A DNA stretch of 64,000 nt from Acidobacteriota bacterium (GTDB lineage Bacteria > Acidobacteriota > Vicinamibacteria > Vicinamibacterales > JAKQTR01), in assembly GCA_026393675.1 (NCBI GenBank), contig JAPKZQ010000019.1, positions 14,333-78,332 of the forward strand, written 5' to 3'. Both the position numbers and the translations under genes were made by a program. The notes beneath the pieces are model-generated. The model did not search any database. It was not told the origin of the DNA and saw only the letters and a program-made list of their open reading frames with translations. Positions within the stretch are counted from its first letter, which is position 1. Each line of letters opens with the position of its first letter. Shown in pieces: positions 8,128 through 19,000 of the stretch.

Positions 8128-11100
8128 GTGGCCGACGTGTCAGCTTCGTCCGGCAGAATCAGGGGATTGCGAGATCGGCTGGAGCTCACGCAGGCCCAAC
8201 TCGCTGATCGGCTGGGAGTCTCGTTCGTCACCGTCAACCGGTGGGAGCGCGGCCACGTTCAACCTTCGGATCTCGCCGTCAAGCGCCTAAGAGAACTGGA
8301 GTCAGAACTAGGTCCGGCTCACGTTGCCAGTCCAGCTGCTCACCAGAGTTCCACCCCTCCAGTGGTTGACTACCTTGGCGATCCAGATCGCGTCCGGCTT
8401 GTCGTGGAGGCCGAACGCCTGTCGTTTGGACACCTCGCAAACCCCGTGTTCGCCATCGAGACGTCGCTGATTCACCCGCTGCCACACCAGCGGCTCGCGG
8501 TGTACGAGCACATGCTCATCTTGCCGCGCCTCCGTTTCCTTCTGGCAGACGATGCGGGCGCGGGCAAGACGATCATGGCAGGCCTTTACATTCGGGAGAT
8601 GCTCGCACGCCGATTGTTAAAGCGAGTCCTGATCGTCGTTCCCGCCGGCCTGGTTGGGAACTGGGAACGAGAACTTCGCCGGCTCTTCAACCTCGGTTTC
8701 GGGATCGTACGCGGCTCGGACGCAAAGCGCGAGAATCCGTTTACTGGACAGGCTGGCGATCAGGTCATCTGCAGCCTCGACACGCTCGCCGGCCAGCCCA
8801 TGTTCAGCCGACTTCAGGACCCGGCCGTTGAACCCTACGACCTCGTCATCTTCGATGAGGCGCACAAACTGTCCTCGTCGAGAGACGCTGATCTGACAAT
8901 TCATAAGACGGACCGTTACAGGCTCGCTGAAGCGCTTGCGGGTGCGGTATCCGATGACGATCGGTGGACGTTGCACTGGTCGGTGCGGCACCTGCTGCTC
9001 CTGACGGCCACCCCTCACATGGGGAAGGACTTTCCCTACTACGCCTTGTGGCGGCTGCTGGAACCCGAAGTGCTCTCGACCTCTGACGCCTTCGCCTTGT
9101 TTCCCACAGAGGAACGAGCCAAACGGTTCATTCGGCGAACCAAGGAAGAGATGGTTCGTTACGACGGCACGCCACTCTACACGGAGCGACGGTCCGACAC
9201 GCTTGGGTTTGATCTGACCCCAGGCGATGTCAGCGAGCAGGCACTCTACGACCGCGTCACCGCATACATGCGTGGGTTCTACAACCGCGCTGGCATCTTG
9301 AACAAGTCGGCGGCCCGCCTGGCTCTCAGCGTGTTTCAGCGGAGACTGGCCAGCTCTACGTACGCCGTGCTCAGATCCCTCGAGCGCCGCCTCGAATGCC
9401 TCGACGAGATCGTCGCGCAGGTGCGCGAGGGCCGCCTGTCTGTCGAGCAGATCCGTGCGGCGCAACAGAAACTGTCCGGGCTTGAAGACCCGTTTGACAC
9501 GAGCACCCCCGATGATGAGTCCGCCGATGGGGACCGCGAATCGCATGAGGGTGAGGAAGACAAACTGCTCAGACTCGTGCTCGTCACGTCGATGTCCGAT
9601 CTTCAGGCGGAGCGACAAGAAGTGCAGAGCCTCATCCACCTTGCTCGCGGCGTCCTGGCGATTGGACACGAGTCGAAGTTTGAGACCCTACGCGAACTGA
9701 TCCTGGGCGCCGACTTCAAGGACCAAAAGCTCATTGTCTTCACCGAGCACCGTGACACGCTTGCGTGGCTCATTCAGCGCTTCGAGGCGATGGGTTTCAC
9801 CGATTCGGTCGCCTCCATCCATGGAGGGATGGGCTACCGTGAACGCGACGCCGAAGTCGAACGCTTTCGCAAGCCCGGAGAGGAGGGTGGGGCTCAACTG
9901 CTGGTCGCCACTGACGCGGCTGGAGAAGGTATCAACCTGCAGTTCTGCTGGCGCATGGTGAACTACGACGTGCCCTGGAATCCCGCCCGGCTCGAGCAGC
10001 GGATGGGGAGGATCCACCGATACGGCCAGGAACACGATGTGGTCATCGTCAACCTCGTCGCCAACCAGACGCGCGAGGGGCAGGTGATTGGGACCCTTCT
10101 GCGCAAACTCGAGGCCATTCGTCGCGAGATGCGATCCGACAAGGTGTTCGATGTCGTTGGGCGCCTCTTCGAGAATGTGCCCATCGCCGAGTACATGGCG
10201 CTGGCAGCCATCGACGGGGATGCGACACCGGGTGTCTCACGAATTGAAGGAGTGCTCACGCGAGCCCAGGTTGAAGCGATAGACGCGCGCGAACGGACCC
10301 TCTTCGGCGAAGGCGGTGACGTCAAGCCACATCTCGCGCGTCTCCGAGCGGTCACCGCGCGCGAGACGCTGCGACGGCTTCTTCCCGGCTACGTGCGTCA
10401 GTTCATTAACCATGCGGCGCCCGTGATGGATCTCGGCATCCATGGGGATCTCGAAGGCGTGTTCGCGCTGCGTCCCTTGCGAGCTGGAGCCACCGACAGG
10501 ATGCTGGAAGCCATGGAATCGTACCCGGCGTCGGTGCGTGGGCGACTGAGCGTCGCGCGACCGGACCCGACGTCTCCCGCGATCTTCCTCCATCCCGGCG
10601 AGCCCGTGTTCGAATACCTCCGTCACGCGGTGCTCGGGCGTTGTGCAACCGACGCTGCTCGTGGGGGGGCGTTCGTGGACCCGTGTGCGCGAGAACCGTA
10701 CCTCCTGTTCGTGGCGGAATGGCAGCTCGTCGAGGCTGGCACCGACGCCGTCTCACTGGCTTCCCAAGCCAGCACACTTCAGACCGAAGTCACTGCGGTG
10801 CGGGTGCTTCTGAACGGCTCAGTTGAGACAAGCCCGCTCGAGCAGATTCTGCTGCTACGCGGAGCGGACCGTTTTCCCACCTCAGCCAGCAGATTGGCAT
10901 CACGATCGGCGGACATGCAGACGCTGGCGGAGGAACACCTACGGACCCATCTGGTGGAACCGGCGGCAGACGGGCGCAAGGACGAGATCCTCCGCACGTT
11001 GAGCCAACGTGAGGACCTCCTGGTGTCCGCCTACGACCTGCAGGCTGCTGACCTGGCCCGCCAGCGGGCAAGGCTGACGGAGAAGGTTCAGCACGGCCAG

Positions 11101-12003
11101 CTTGGTGCAAGGGTCGTACTCGACCGCGTCAAAGAGCAGCAGCGCGCGGCCGAGGGTCGCAAGGCGGCTGCGCTCGCCGAGTTGAGATCCGAACCGGAGC
11201 GGGTGAAGGCGGGTCCGTTCAGGATCCTGGCGAAGGCGCTCGTCGTGCCGTCGAGCGTTCCCGAGGATCAGAGGCACTACGACGCCGAGGTCGAGGCGGC
11301 CGCCATGGAAGTCGCACGCGCTTGGGAGGAGGCTGCCGGCGCCGTGGTCAAGGACGTTTCGACGCCTCCCCGCGCCAGGGCTCTTGGGCTGGGCGACTAC
11401 CCGGGGTTTGACCTGCTCGCGATCTACCCAGGCGGTGAACAGCGGGCCATCGAGGTGAAAGGGCGCGCCACGCAAGGCGATGTCGAAGTATCGGAGAACG
11501 AATGGGCGCGTGCGTGCAATCTGCGGTCAGGCTACTGGCTGTATGCCGTCTTTGATTGCGCCTCCGCCCGCCCACGACTCGTCCGGGTACAGGATCCCTT
11601 TGCCCAGCTGCTGGTGCGCTCGCGCGGTGTCACCATCGACGATGCCGCCATTCTGGCTGTGGGCGAAGTGGCCGACATGTCGGCGTCTGCGTCGAAGGTG
11701 TTGCCTGAGACGTTGCGTCCGCTGTTCTGGGACCACGCCTTCGATGCGCTTCGATGGCCCACTGACCGCGATCTCGTCGTCGGCCGTGTGCTCCAGCACG
11801 GAGGAGACGACGCCGTTCGATGGATCCGGGACACAGCCGGGGACGCGGCGCTAGCCGACTGGATTCGTCTACGCCAGGGCCGCGGCATCGACCAACGCCA
11901 GCTTCGCTTCTGGCAGGCCGTTCTTGGTTTGTCGGCCGCTGAAGTGGATCCGTGGGTTGAGATAGCGCGTGAGAGTGCCTGGGGCGCAAGGAGCCAGCAG
12001 TGA
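8128..12003 (+). CDS. defence helicase: N-terminal XRE-type HTH + SNF2 ATPase + DUF3883/PD-(D/E)xK-like domain + C-terminal antitoxin-like extension
   Basis: HTH: LTQAQLADRLGVSFVTVNRWERG. SNF2 motifs: DDAGAGKT, IFDEAHKL, LVATDAAGEGINLQ, WNPARLEQRMGRIHRYGQ. DUF3883-like: GFDLLAIYPGGEQRAIEVKGR...WLYAV. C-terminal about 100 aa carries LFWDH...RFWQAVLGL. Confidence 0.9.
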   Translation: MADVSASSGRIRGLRDRLELTQAQLADRLGVSFVTVNRWERGHVQPSDLAVKRLRELESELGPAHVASPAAHQSSTPPVVDYLGDPDRVRLVVEAERLSFGHLANPVFAIETSLIHPLPHQRLAVYEHMLILPRLRFLLADDAGAGKTIMAGLYIREMLARRLLKRVLIVVPAGLVGNWERELRRLFNLGFGIVRGSDAKRENPFTGQAGDQVICSLDTLAGQPMFSRLQDPAVEPYDLVIFDEAHKLSSSRDADLTIHKTDRYRLAEALAGAVSDDDRWTLHWSVRHLLLLTATPHMGKDFPYYALWRLLEPEVLSTSDAFALFPTEERAKRFIRRTKEEMVRYDGTPLYTERRSDTLGFDLTPGDVSEQALYDRVTAYMRGFYNRAGILNKSAARLALSVFQRRLASSTYAVLRSLERRLECLDEIVAQVREGRLSVEQIRAAQQKLSGLEDPFDTSTPDDESADGDRESHEGEEDKLLRLVLVTSMSDLQAERQEVQSLIHLARGVLAIGHESKFETLRELILGADFKDQKLIVFTEHRDTLAWLIQRFEAMGFTDSVASIHGGMGYRERDAEVERFRKPGEEGGAQLLVATDAAGEGINLQFCWRMVNYDVPWNPARLEQRMGRIHRYGQEHDVVIVNLVANQTREGQVIGTLLRKLEAIRREMRSDKVFDVVGRLFENVPIAEYMALAAIDGDATPGVSRIEGVLTRAQVEAIDARERTLFGEGGDVKPHLARLRAVTARETLRRLLPGYVRQFINHAAPVMDLGIHGDLEGVFALRPLRAGATDRMLEAMESYPASVRGRLSVARPDPTSPAIFLHPGEPVFEYLRHAVLGRCATDAARGGAFVDPCAREPYLLFVAEWQLVEAGTDAVSLASQASTLQTEVTAVRVLLNGSVETSPLEQILLLRGADRFPTSASRLASRSADMQTLAEEHLRTHLVEPAADGRKDEILRTLSQREDLLVSAYDLQAADLARQRARLTEKVQHGQLGARVVLDRVKEQQRAAEGRKAAALAELRSEPERVKAGPFRILAKALVVPSSVPEDQRHYDAEVEAAAMEVARAWEEAAGAVVKDVSTPPRARALGLGDYPGFDLLAIYPGGEQRAIEVKGRATQGDVEVSENEWARACNLRSGYWLYAVFDCASARPRLVRVQDPFAQLLVRSRGVTIDDAAILAVGEVADMSASASKVLPETLRPLFWDHAFDALRWPTDRDLVVGRVLQHGGDDAVRWIRDTAGDAALADWIRLRQGRGIDQRQLRFWQAVLGLSAAEVDPWVEIARESAWGARSQQ

Positions 12004-12638
12004 TCGAGTTCCACGAAGAGATCCTGACCGGAACCCAGCAGGGGATGATCGCCCAGCTCGGGGCGGTCGCTTCAAAATTCGGTTATTACCTGGCCGGTGG
12101 TACTGCGATCGCGCTGCACGTCGGTCATCGTCGATCGGAGGACTTCGACTGGTTCGTCCCCACTCCTGGGCCGGTATCGCAGGCCGTTGTCGAGGCAATT
12201 GGGACTGGGGGCCTTGCGCTGGAGATCGACGACGTGGCCTCGGGCACGTTGCTGGGACGCATTCAAGGCGTGAAGGCGTCGTTCTTCGACTATCCGTACC
12301 CGCTGCTCGACGAGACCCTGGACTGGCCTGCGGCGAACGCCAGGATCGCGTCAGTGCGCGACCTGGCTGCCATGAAGCTGTTGGCGATTGCGCAACGAGG
12401 CTCTCGCAAGGACTTCGTCGACATTTACGAACTGCTTCGCCGCGGCGGCGACCTGAAGGTCATGCTGGCGGATTTCCAGGCGAAATTCCGAATGACAGAA
12501 ACGATCTCCGTCAAGCGCGGCCTCGTGTACTTCGACGACGCGGAGAGAGAACGAATGCCGGAGATGCTGGTGGCGCTCTCGTGGCCCGATCTCAGGAACC
12601 GTCTTCTCGCCGAACTTCAGGCCCTGACACGTTTGTAG
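12000..12638 (+). CDS. AbiEii/AbiGii-family (DUF1814-like) nucleotidyltransferase, short form
   Basis: Pol-beta NTase signature YLAGGTAIALHVGHRRSEDFDWF, plus LAAMKLLAIAQRGSRKDFVDIYEL. GTG 12000 overlaps the helicase TGA (GTGA). AAGGAG lies 6 nt upstream. Confidence 0.8.
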   Translation: MIEFHEEILTGTQQGMIAQLGAVASKFGYYLAGGTAIALHVGHRRSEDFDWFVPTPGPVSQAVVEAIGTGGLALEIDDVASGTLLGRIQGVKASFFDYPYPLLDETLDWPAANARIASVRDLAAMKLLAIAQRGSRKDFVDIYELLRRGGDLKVMLADFQAKFRMTETISVKRGLVYFDDAERERMPEMLVALSWPDLRNRLLAELQALTRL

Positions 12639-12656
12639 GCACCGGATTACGTCCTC

Positions 12657-15600
12657 ATGACTGACCGACCCCGGCTAATCGAAGTCGCGTTTCCTCTGGA
12701 GCAGACGTCGATTGACTCCGTGCACGAGAAGAGCGTTCGGCACGGGCACATCTCGACGCTGCACATCTGGCCCGCCCGGCGGCCGCTGGCGGCTTGTCGC
12801 GCGGCCCTGATCGCCACACTGCTGCCTGACCCGGGTACCTCCGAGAAACGTCGCGAGCTGTGTGAGCGAATCGGTGGCCGCGTCGAGGAAGTGTTGATGC
12901 GCAAGCCCGGCCCGGGCGGCGCCTCGGAAGAACGCATTGTCAAGCAAACCACGGGCGGCATCCTTCATTGGGGGCGTGAGACCGAGAACAAGGCCGACCT
13001 CGACTTCTTCCGGGAGGAAATCAGGAAGGCCTACGGTGGACGTGCGCCGCGTGTCCTGGACCCCTTCGCCGGCGGCGGGGCCATTCCCCTGGAGGCGATG
13101 CGCCTTGGATGCGAAGCCACGGCGATCGATATCAACCCGGTTGCCTGGTTCATCCTGAAGTGCACGCTGGAATATCCACAGAAGCTGGCTGGACAGAAGC
13201 GACCACTGCCGGACTTCGTGAGGACCGACCGCGAATTCATGGAGTCGTTCTTCAAGGCTCAGGGCTTGAAGGGCGCCATGCTGCGCACGCAACTCAGGAA
13301 GCTCCACCTCGACGACGCCAGCAACGCCAGCGGTTCGGTCCCGGCCAGGAGGACTCGAAGAATCACAAACGACGATCATCCCGTTCTTGAAGGGTTGGAG
13401 ATCGAAGAACACACACTCGAAGCAGATCTCGCCTGGCACGTTCGGGCCTGGGGTTGGTGGGTACTTCGGGAAGCGCGCCGCGACTTGGCGAAGTACTACC
13501 CGGTCTACGCGGACTGGCAGCCGTTGAGAGATGTCGCCGAATGGCGTGAGAAGCACCCAGACGAGTGGCGGCCCCTGACGTTGATCGCCGCGAAAGACGA
13601 GGGGACGCCGGACGTTGCATCCATGAACGTGGACCTGACGCCGGAGTTTCTCGAGGACGAACGGAACCCGCGTTGGGTGGCGAAGCCTCCAGTGGCTTAC
13701 CTGTGGGCCCGAACAGTCACGTGCAAGAACTGCCGCGCCACCATTCCGCTCCTCAAGACGCGCTGGCTCGCCAAGAAAGGCACCAAGCGCGTTCTCCTGA
13801 CGATGATCCCGAACGAGGACAGGACTGGCGTGGTCTTCGGCGTGGCATCTGGCGTCGCTTCGACGGGGGGCAACAACGCGCAGAAGCGCGAGCACGACCG
13901 CAAGTTGGGCCAGGGAACGATGAGTCGCGCAGGGGCGTGGTGTCCGTGCTGCGGAAAGCCCGATACCGTGGCGATGGAGAGCGGCGACCTGAGGGCCGAA
14001 GCCTCTGCTGGCCGGATGGGGTCGCTCATGACCGCCGTTGTCGTCGACGGTCCCTCGGGGAAAGAGTATCGACTCCCAACCGAGCATGAGCTCTCAGCAG
14101 CGGTGCCGCATGATACCGAAATCGAGAGGATCTTCGCCGAGATCCCATTCGGCATTCCGGACGAGCCCGTCCCGAAAGGAGGCAGTCGGGAGACCGGCGG
14201 CTCGCCTTTCACCGTTCATCTCTACGGACAAACCAAATGGCGCGACCTCTTCGGAAAACGCCAACTCCTGGCGCTAGGCTCGTTTGTTCGAGCGAGTCGC
14301 GCGATGCAGCGGACAGAACTGTTTGGGATGTGTGGGCCCGAGTGGCAGCAGGCCATCCGCGCGTACATTGCCGTGTGCACTGACAGACTTGCCGACTACA
14401 GCAGCGCAGTCTGCAGTTGGCATATCAGTGGGGAGAAACTCAGCCACACCTTTGTTCGGTTTGCCTTACCCATCCTATGGGACTTCACGGAGGTGAATCC
14501 AATTGGCGAAACGACAGGGGGATACAGCGGCGCGCTTGAATGGGTCACCCGCTTCATTCCGCACGCGCTCGCGTCAGGTCAGACCGCGCCGGAACCGACG
14601 GTTCTCGCTCAGAGCGCCATGAGCTCAGTCGGTGCCGGCTTCGATCTGGTTCTCACCGATCCACCCTACTACGATGCCATTCCGTATTCGGATCTCATGG
14701 ACTTCTTCTATGTCTGGCTCCGTCGTTCCCTCTGGGGCCTCGCGCCGGACATCGACGCAGTGTTTTCAGGTCAGCTCTCGCCCAAGTGGGACCACGCGAC
14801 CAACGATGGGGAGTTGATCGACGATCCCAGTCGGCATGGCGGCGACGGAGCCAAGTCGAAGCAGGTCTACGAAGACGGTATGGCGCGAGCGTTTGCGGCG
14901 GCCGGGAACGCACTGAACCCCGACGGTCGTCTTGTTGTGGTCTTCGCCAACAAGCAACCCGCTGCGTGGGAAACGCTGGTATCAGCTCTCATCCGAACAG
15001 GGTTCACGGTCGTGGGTTCCTGGCCAATCAGGACGGAGATGAGCAACCGGACCAGAGCGCTGTCTTCCGCTGCGCTTGCCTCGTCAGTGTGGCTCGTTTG
15101 CCGCAAGCGCCCCGAGGCTGCTCGTCCTGGCTGGGACAACCTCGTGCTCCAGGAAATGCGCCAGAACATCGGACTGAAATTGCGGGAGTTCTGGGACTCG
15201 GGCATCAGTGGCCCCGACTTCGTCTGGGCAGCGACGGGCCCCGCGATGGAAGCCTTCAGTAAGCACCCCATCGTCAAGAAGGCCAACGAGCAGGGCGCCG
15301 TCATGTCAGTGTCGGAGTTCCTGCGCGCCGTCCGGCGCCTCGTGGTGGAGTTCGTCGTCGGCCGTGTGCTCGGTGAGGCCAGCCACATCGACGCGCACGC
15401 TGCGGAGTCGGCGGCCGCGAGCCTGGACGACGTCACGACGTATTACCTCTTGCATCGTCACGACTTCAAAATGGACGATGCCCCCGCAGGTGCATGTATC
15501 CTCTACGCCGTGTCCTGCAACCTCTCCGAACACGAACTGGCAGACCGGTACGACATCCTCGCGCGTACCGGCGGAGTTCAACAGGACCAGGACGAGCCAG

Positions 15601-16067
15601 ACGAAGTCGACGATGCCGGAGACGACGAAGCACCTGAAGGCACAGGCAGTACCTTCAAACTCAAGAATTGGAAACATCGCCATGGATCCAATCTCGGCCT
15701 CGATCCGGTGGCCGAGCGGGCCCGCACCAGACGCGAACGCGACGAAGAGTTGGGCGGCAGGTTGTTCGACAGCGGTCCGGGACCGACCGCCAACGAATCG
15801 ACCCGCCCGCGTGTCGTCCCTCTCATCGACATGGTGCACCACCTGATGCACGTGTGGGTCGAGGGCGACGTCACCAAAGTGAACGAGTACGTGGACCGGC
15901 AGGGTCTTCGCAGAAGCGAGGTCTTCCGGCAGGTGCTGCAGGCCCTGGTCGAACTGTCGACGGACGGCGGGGAAGAACGCCGGGTCCTGGAGGCCGTTTC
16001 GAATCACCTCCAGGCCCGAGGCCAGGCTCCCGAATCGCTCCTGGATCGGCTGGGAGACCAGGAGTAG
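12657..16067 (+). CDS. DUF1156-domain DNA methyltransferase (COG1743-like, N6A/N4C DPPY class) with a Zn-ribbon
   Basis: DUF1156 N-terminus PRLIEVAFPLEQTSIDSVHEKSVRHGHISTLHIWPARRP. SAM motif VLDPFAGGGAIPLEA. Catalytic LVLTDPPYYD. CxxC pairs CKNCRA...CPCCGK. Confidence 0.9.
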   Translation: MTDRPRLIEVAFPLEQTSIDSVHEKSVRHGHISTLHIWPARRPLAACRAALIATLLPDPGTSEKRRELCERIGGRVEEVLMRKPGPGGASEERIVKQTTGGILHWGRETENKADLDFFREEIRKAYGGRAPRVLDPFAGGGAIPLEAMRLGCEATAIDINPVAWFILKCTLEYPQKLAGQKRPLPDFVRTDREFMESFFKAQGLKGAMLRTQLRKLHLDDASNASGSVPARRTRRITNDDHPVLEGLEIEEHTLEADLAWHVRAWGWWVLREARRDLAKYYPVYADWQPLRDVAEWREKHPDEWRPLTLIAAKDEGTPDVASMNVDLTPEFLEDERNPRWVAKPPVAYLWARTVTCKNCRATIPLLKTRWLAKKGTKRVLLTMIPNEDRTGVVFGVASGVASTGGNNAQKREHDRKLGQGTMSRAGAWCPCCGKPDTVAMESGDLRAEASAGRMGSLMTAVVVDGPSGKEYRLPTEHELSAAVPHDTEIERIFAEIPFGIPDEPVPKGGSRETGGSPFTVHLYGQTKWRDLFGKRQLLALGSFVRASRAMQRTELFGMCGPEWQQAIRAYIAVCTDRLADYSSAVCSWHISGEKLSHTFVRFALPILWDFTEVNPIGETTGGYSGALEWVTRFIPHALASGQTAPEPTVLAQSAMSSVGAGFDLVLTDPPYYDAIPYSDLMDFFYVWLRRSLWGLAPDIDAVFSGQLSPKWDHATNDGELIDDPSRHGGDGAKSKQVYEDGMARAFAAAGNALNPDGRLVVVFANKQPAAWETLVSALIRTGFTVVGSWPIRTEMSNRTRALSSAALASSVWLVCRKRPEAARPGWDNLVLQEMRQNIGLKLREFWDSGISGPDFVWAATGPAMEAFSKHPIVKKANEQGAVMSVSEFLRAVRRLVVEFVVGRVLGEASHIDAHAAESAAASLDDVTTYYLLHRHDFKMDDAPAGACILYAVSCNLSEHELADRYDILARTGGVQQDQDEPDEVDDAGDDEAPEGTGSTFKLKNWKHRHGSNLGLDPVAERARTRRERDEELGGRLFDSGPGPTANESTRPRVVPLIDMVHHLMHVWVEGDVTKVNEYVDRQGLRRSEVFRQVLQALVELSTDGGEERRVLEAVSNHLQARGQAPESLLDRLGDQE

Positions 16068-16090
16068 CTGTACGGAAAGAGGGTGAGGCG

Positions 16091-19000
16091 ATGACGAAGC
16101 TGCCGTGGACGCCGTGGCACAAGGTGGTGACACTGCGCGAGGACATCAAGACGGGAGAACTCGCGCTCAACGAGTTCGCGGCGGATCTCTACGACGTAGT
16201 GATGAAGCGCGGGACACGGCGCATCTACGAAGATCCGGCCGAGTTTTTTGCGCTGACGTTTCCGACGCTGGCCCTCCGAGAACTGGCCAAGGACGTCGTT
16301 CAGCGCCTTGCGGCGAAGAACCAGAAAGCTGTCCGACAACTGGAAACCACCTACGGTGGCGGGAAGACGCATGCGCTGATTACGCTCTTTCACCTGGTCA
16401 ACGACCCCGCGCGGCTGCCCGACCTCCAAAGCGTGAGGGAGTTCCGCGCGCACGTCGGGATCGACGCGCCCGCCACACAGGTGGCCATGCTTCCCTTCGA
16501 CAAGTTCGACGTTGAAAAGGGCATCGAGGTCCGAAGCCCCGAAGGCAACGTCCGAATGCTCCGCCAGCCCTGGAGTGCGCTGGCATGGCAGTTGGGGGGG
16601 GCGGACGGGCTTCGAATGCTCCACAGGGACAGCAAGGACGAAGAACGCACGTCGCCGCCGGCCGAGAACACGCTTGCCGACCTGCTCAAGATGCCGCTCA
16701 CCCGCGGCAAGTCCACACTGCTCCTGATTGACGAAGTGCTGATGTTCGCCCGCGTGGCGGTGGACGTTGACGGAGGCTGGCGCGAACGGTTGAAGAACTT
16801 CTTCCAGTACCTTACCCAGGCGGCTACCAAGGTCGACCGGTGCTGCATCGTTGCCTCTTTGCTGGCCACCGATCCGGACCGCAGCGACTCGGTGGGAAAG
16901 GAAATCACCGGCGAGCTGTACGACATCTTCAGGCGCGAGCGCGAGGCAGGTGTCGAGCCTGTCGGGAAGAAGGACGTCGCCGAGGTGCTGCGACGCAGGT
17001 TCTTCACTCCCGAGTCTCTCGAGAACCCAGCCAAGTTCCGTTCGCACGTGATCAACGCGCTCAAGGGCGTTATTGATCTCGACGACGAGACAAAGAAGTC
17101 TCAGAAGGACGCTGAAGAGCGGTTTCTGGCGAGCTACCCGTTCCATCCGGACCTGACGGAGGTTCTCTACAGCAAGTGGACACAACTCCAGGGTTTCCAG
17201 CGAACCCGTGGTGTGCTCCGCACCTTCGCGCAGGCGCTCCGGGACGCCGAACGGTGGGGTGACTGGTCGCCGCTGGTCGGTCCGAGCGTGTTCCTCGGAC
17301 CAGCCGATGGTGACGTCGTTTCCCAGGCTGCGCGTGAGTTGACGCAGGTCGCGACTGTCGAAGTCTACGAAGGCAAGCGCCAGGAATGGACCGCCATCCT
17401 CGCCGGTGAGCTCGACAAGGCGCAGCGGGTCCAGACCGACTACACCAGCCTCAAACACCGGGAAGTCGAACAGGCCGTCATTGCCACCTTCCTGCACTCC
17501 CAGCCGTCCGGACAAAAGGCCCAGTTGCGAGAACTTCTCGTTCTTGTCGGTACGACGCGTCCCGACAAGATCGAACTCCGCAAGGCGCTGTGCGGATGGT
17601 TCGATACGTCATGGTTCCTTGATGAGACGGTATCTGCCGGTGGTGTCGACGATGCCGGGCTGAAGCCGCCTCCATCGGTGTGGCGGCTGGGCTCGACGCC
17701 AAACCTGAAGCAGATGCACGCGGATGCGAAGACCCGCGTGTCAGAGGAACTTGCAGAAGACCGCCTGCTTGAGGAGATCCGAAGGACCAAGAGCCTGACC
17801 GCTACCGCAACTCAGGCTGGCGCTCGTGTCCACAACCTCCCGGAGAAGCCGGCCCTGGTCGAAGACGACGGGCAGTTCCGCTTTGTCGTGTTGGGCCCCG
17901 CAGCTGCATCTGAATCGGGGAAGCCCAGCCCGGAGGCGCGGCGGTTTATTCAGGAAACCACGGCGTCCGATCGTCCCCGCAAGGAACGCAACGCGATCGT
18001 TCTGGCGGTGCCATCTCGCGACGGCATCATGGCAGCCCGCACAGCCGTGCGAGACCACCTGGCGTGGCTAGGTGTCGGGGACACACTGACAAGCGGAGGC
18101 CACAAACTCGACGCCATCCGCCATCAAAACCTCTTGTCCTACACCGCAGCGGCCCTCGGTCGGGTGACGGACACCATCCAGCAGGCGTATTGCATCGTCG
18201 TCACGGTCAGTGAGAACGACGAGATTCAGGCGTTCAAACTACAGCCACCGAGCGGCCCGCTGTTCAGTGCGATCAAAGCTGACAATCGCTCGCGAATCGA
18301 GGAAACGGCGATCAGTGCTGATGCGTTGCTTCCTGGCGGGCCCTATCAGTTGTGGCGCGAAGGCGAGGACTCGCGTTGGGCCAAGGACCTGATTGGGGCA
18401 TTCGCACGTTTTCCACACCTGCCAAAGATGTTGCGGCGCGATGCGATCGTCGAGACCATTGCCCATGGATGTTCCGAGGGCTTCTATGTCGCGCGCCTGC
18501 TGCGCCCGGACAAGTCTCTGCGGACGTGGTGGCGCCAGACGATTGAGGCAGACGCGCTGGAGGATCCACGGCTGGAACTGGTGCTGCCGGACAAGGCCGA
18601 ACTCGCGGGCATCTCGGCGGACTTGGTGTGTCCTGGTGCGATTGACGACTTGTGGCCCGTTGGTGTGTCGGCTCCCGTAACCGTCGGAACCGTGCGGCAG
18701 TTCTTTGACGGCCGGCATACGATGCGCGTGTCGCGTGGAGGATATGACGAACCGGTGCCGGTTCCGAAAGCCGATTCCACGGTGGTGGATGAGGCAATTC
18801 GTTCGTCGGTCGGTGACGGGCGATTGTGGCTCAGCAACGGGCCAGCCAGCCTGTTCGAAGAGGATGTGCCCATTGGGTTGGTCACCGACTCGGCAGAACT
18901 CCGGCGACCGCCGGCGCCGTTGTCTCCCTTGTCGCTTCTCCCCGAACAGCTGCCCGAGGCGTGGCGAGACGGCTGTATCGACGGCTGGTCGTTGACGGCC

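Noticed and set aside
15668-16090. N-terminal 141-aa extension of the DUF499 ATPase ORF (track start 15668).
   Set aside because: The extension overlaps the methylase 3' end in another frame and is Arg/Gly/Pro-rich. A good RBS and ATG at 16091 give the typical DUF499 N-terminus.
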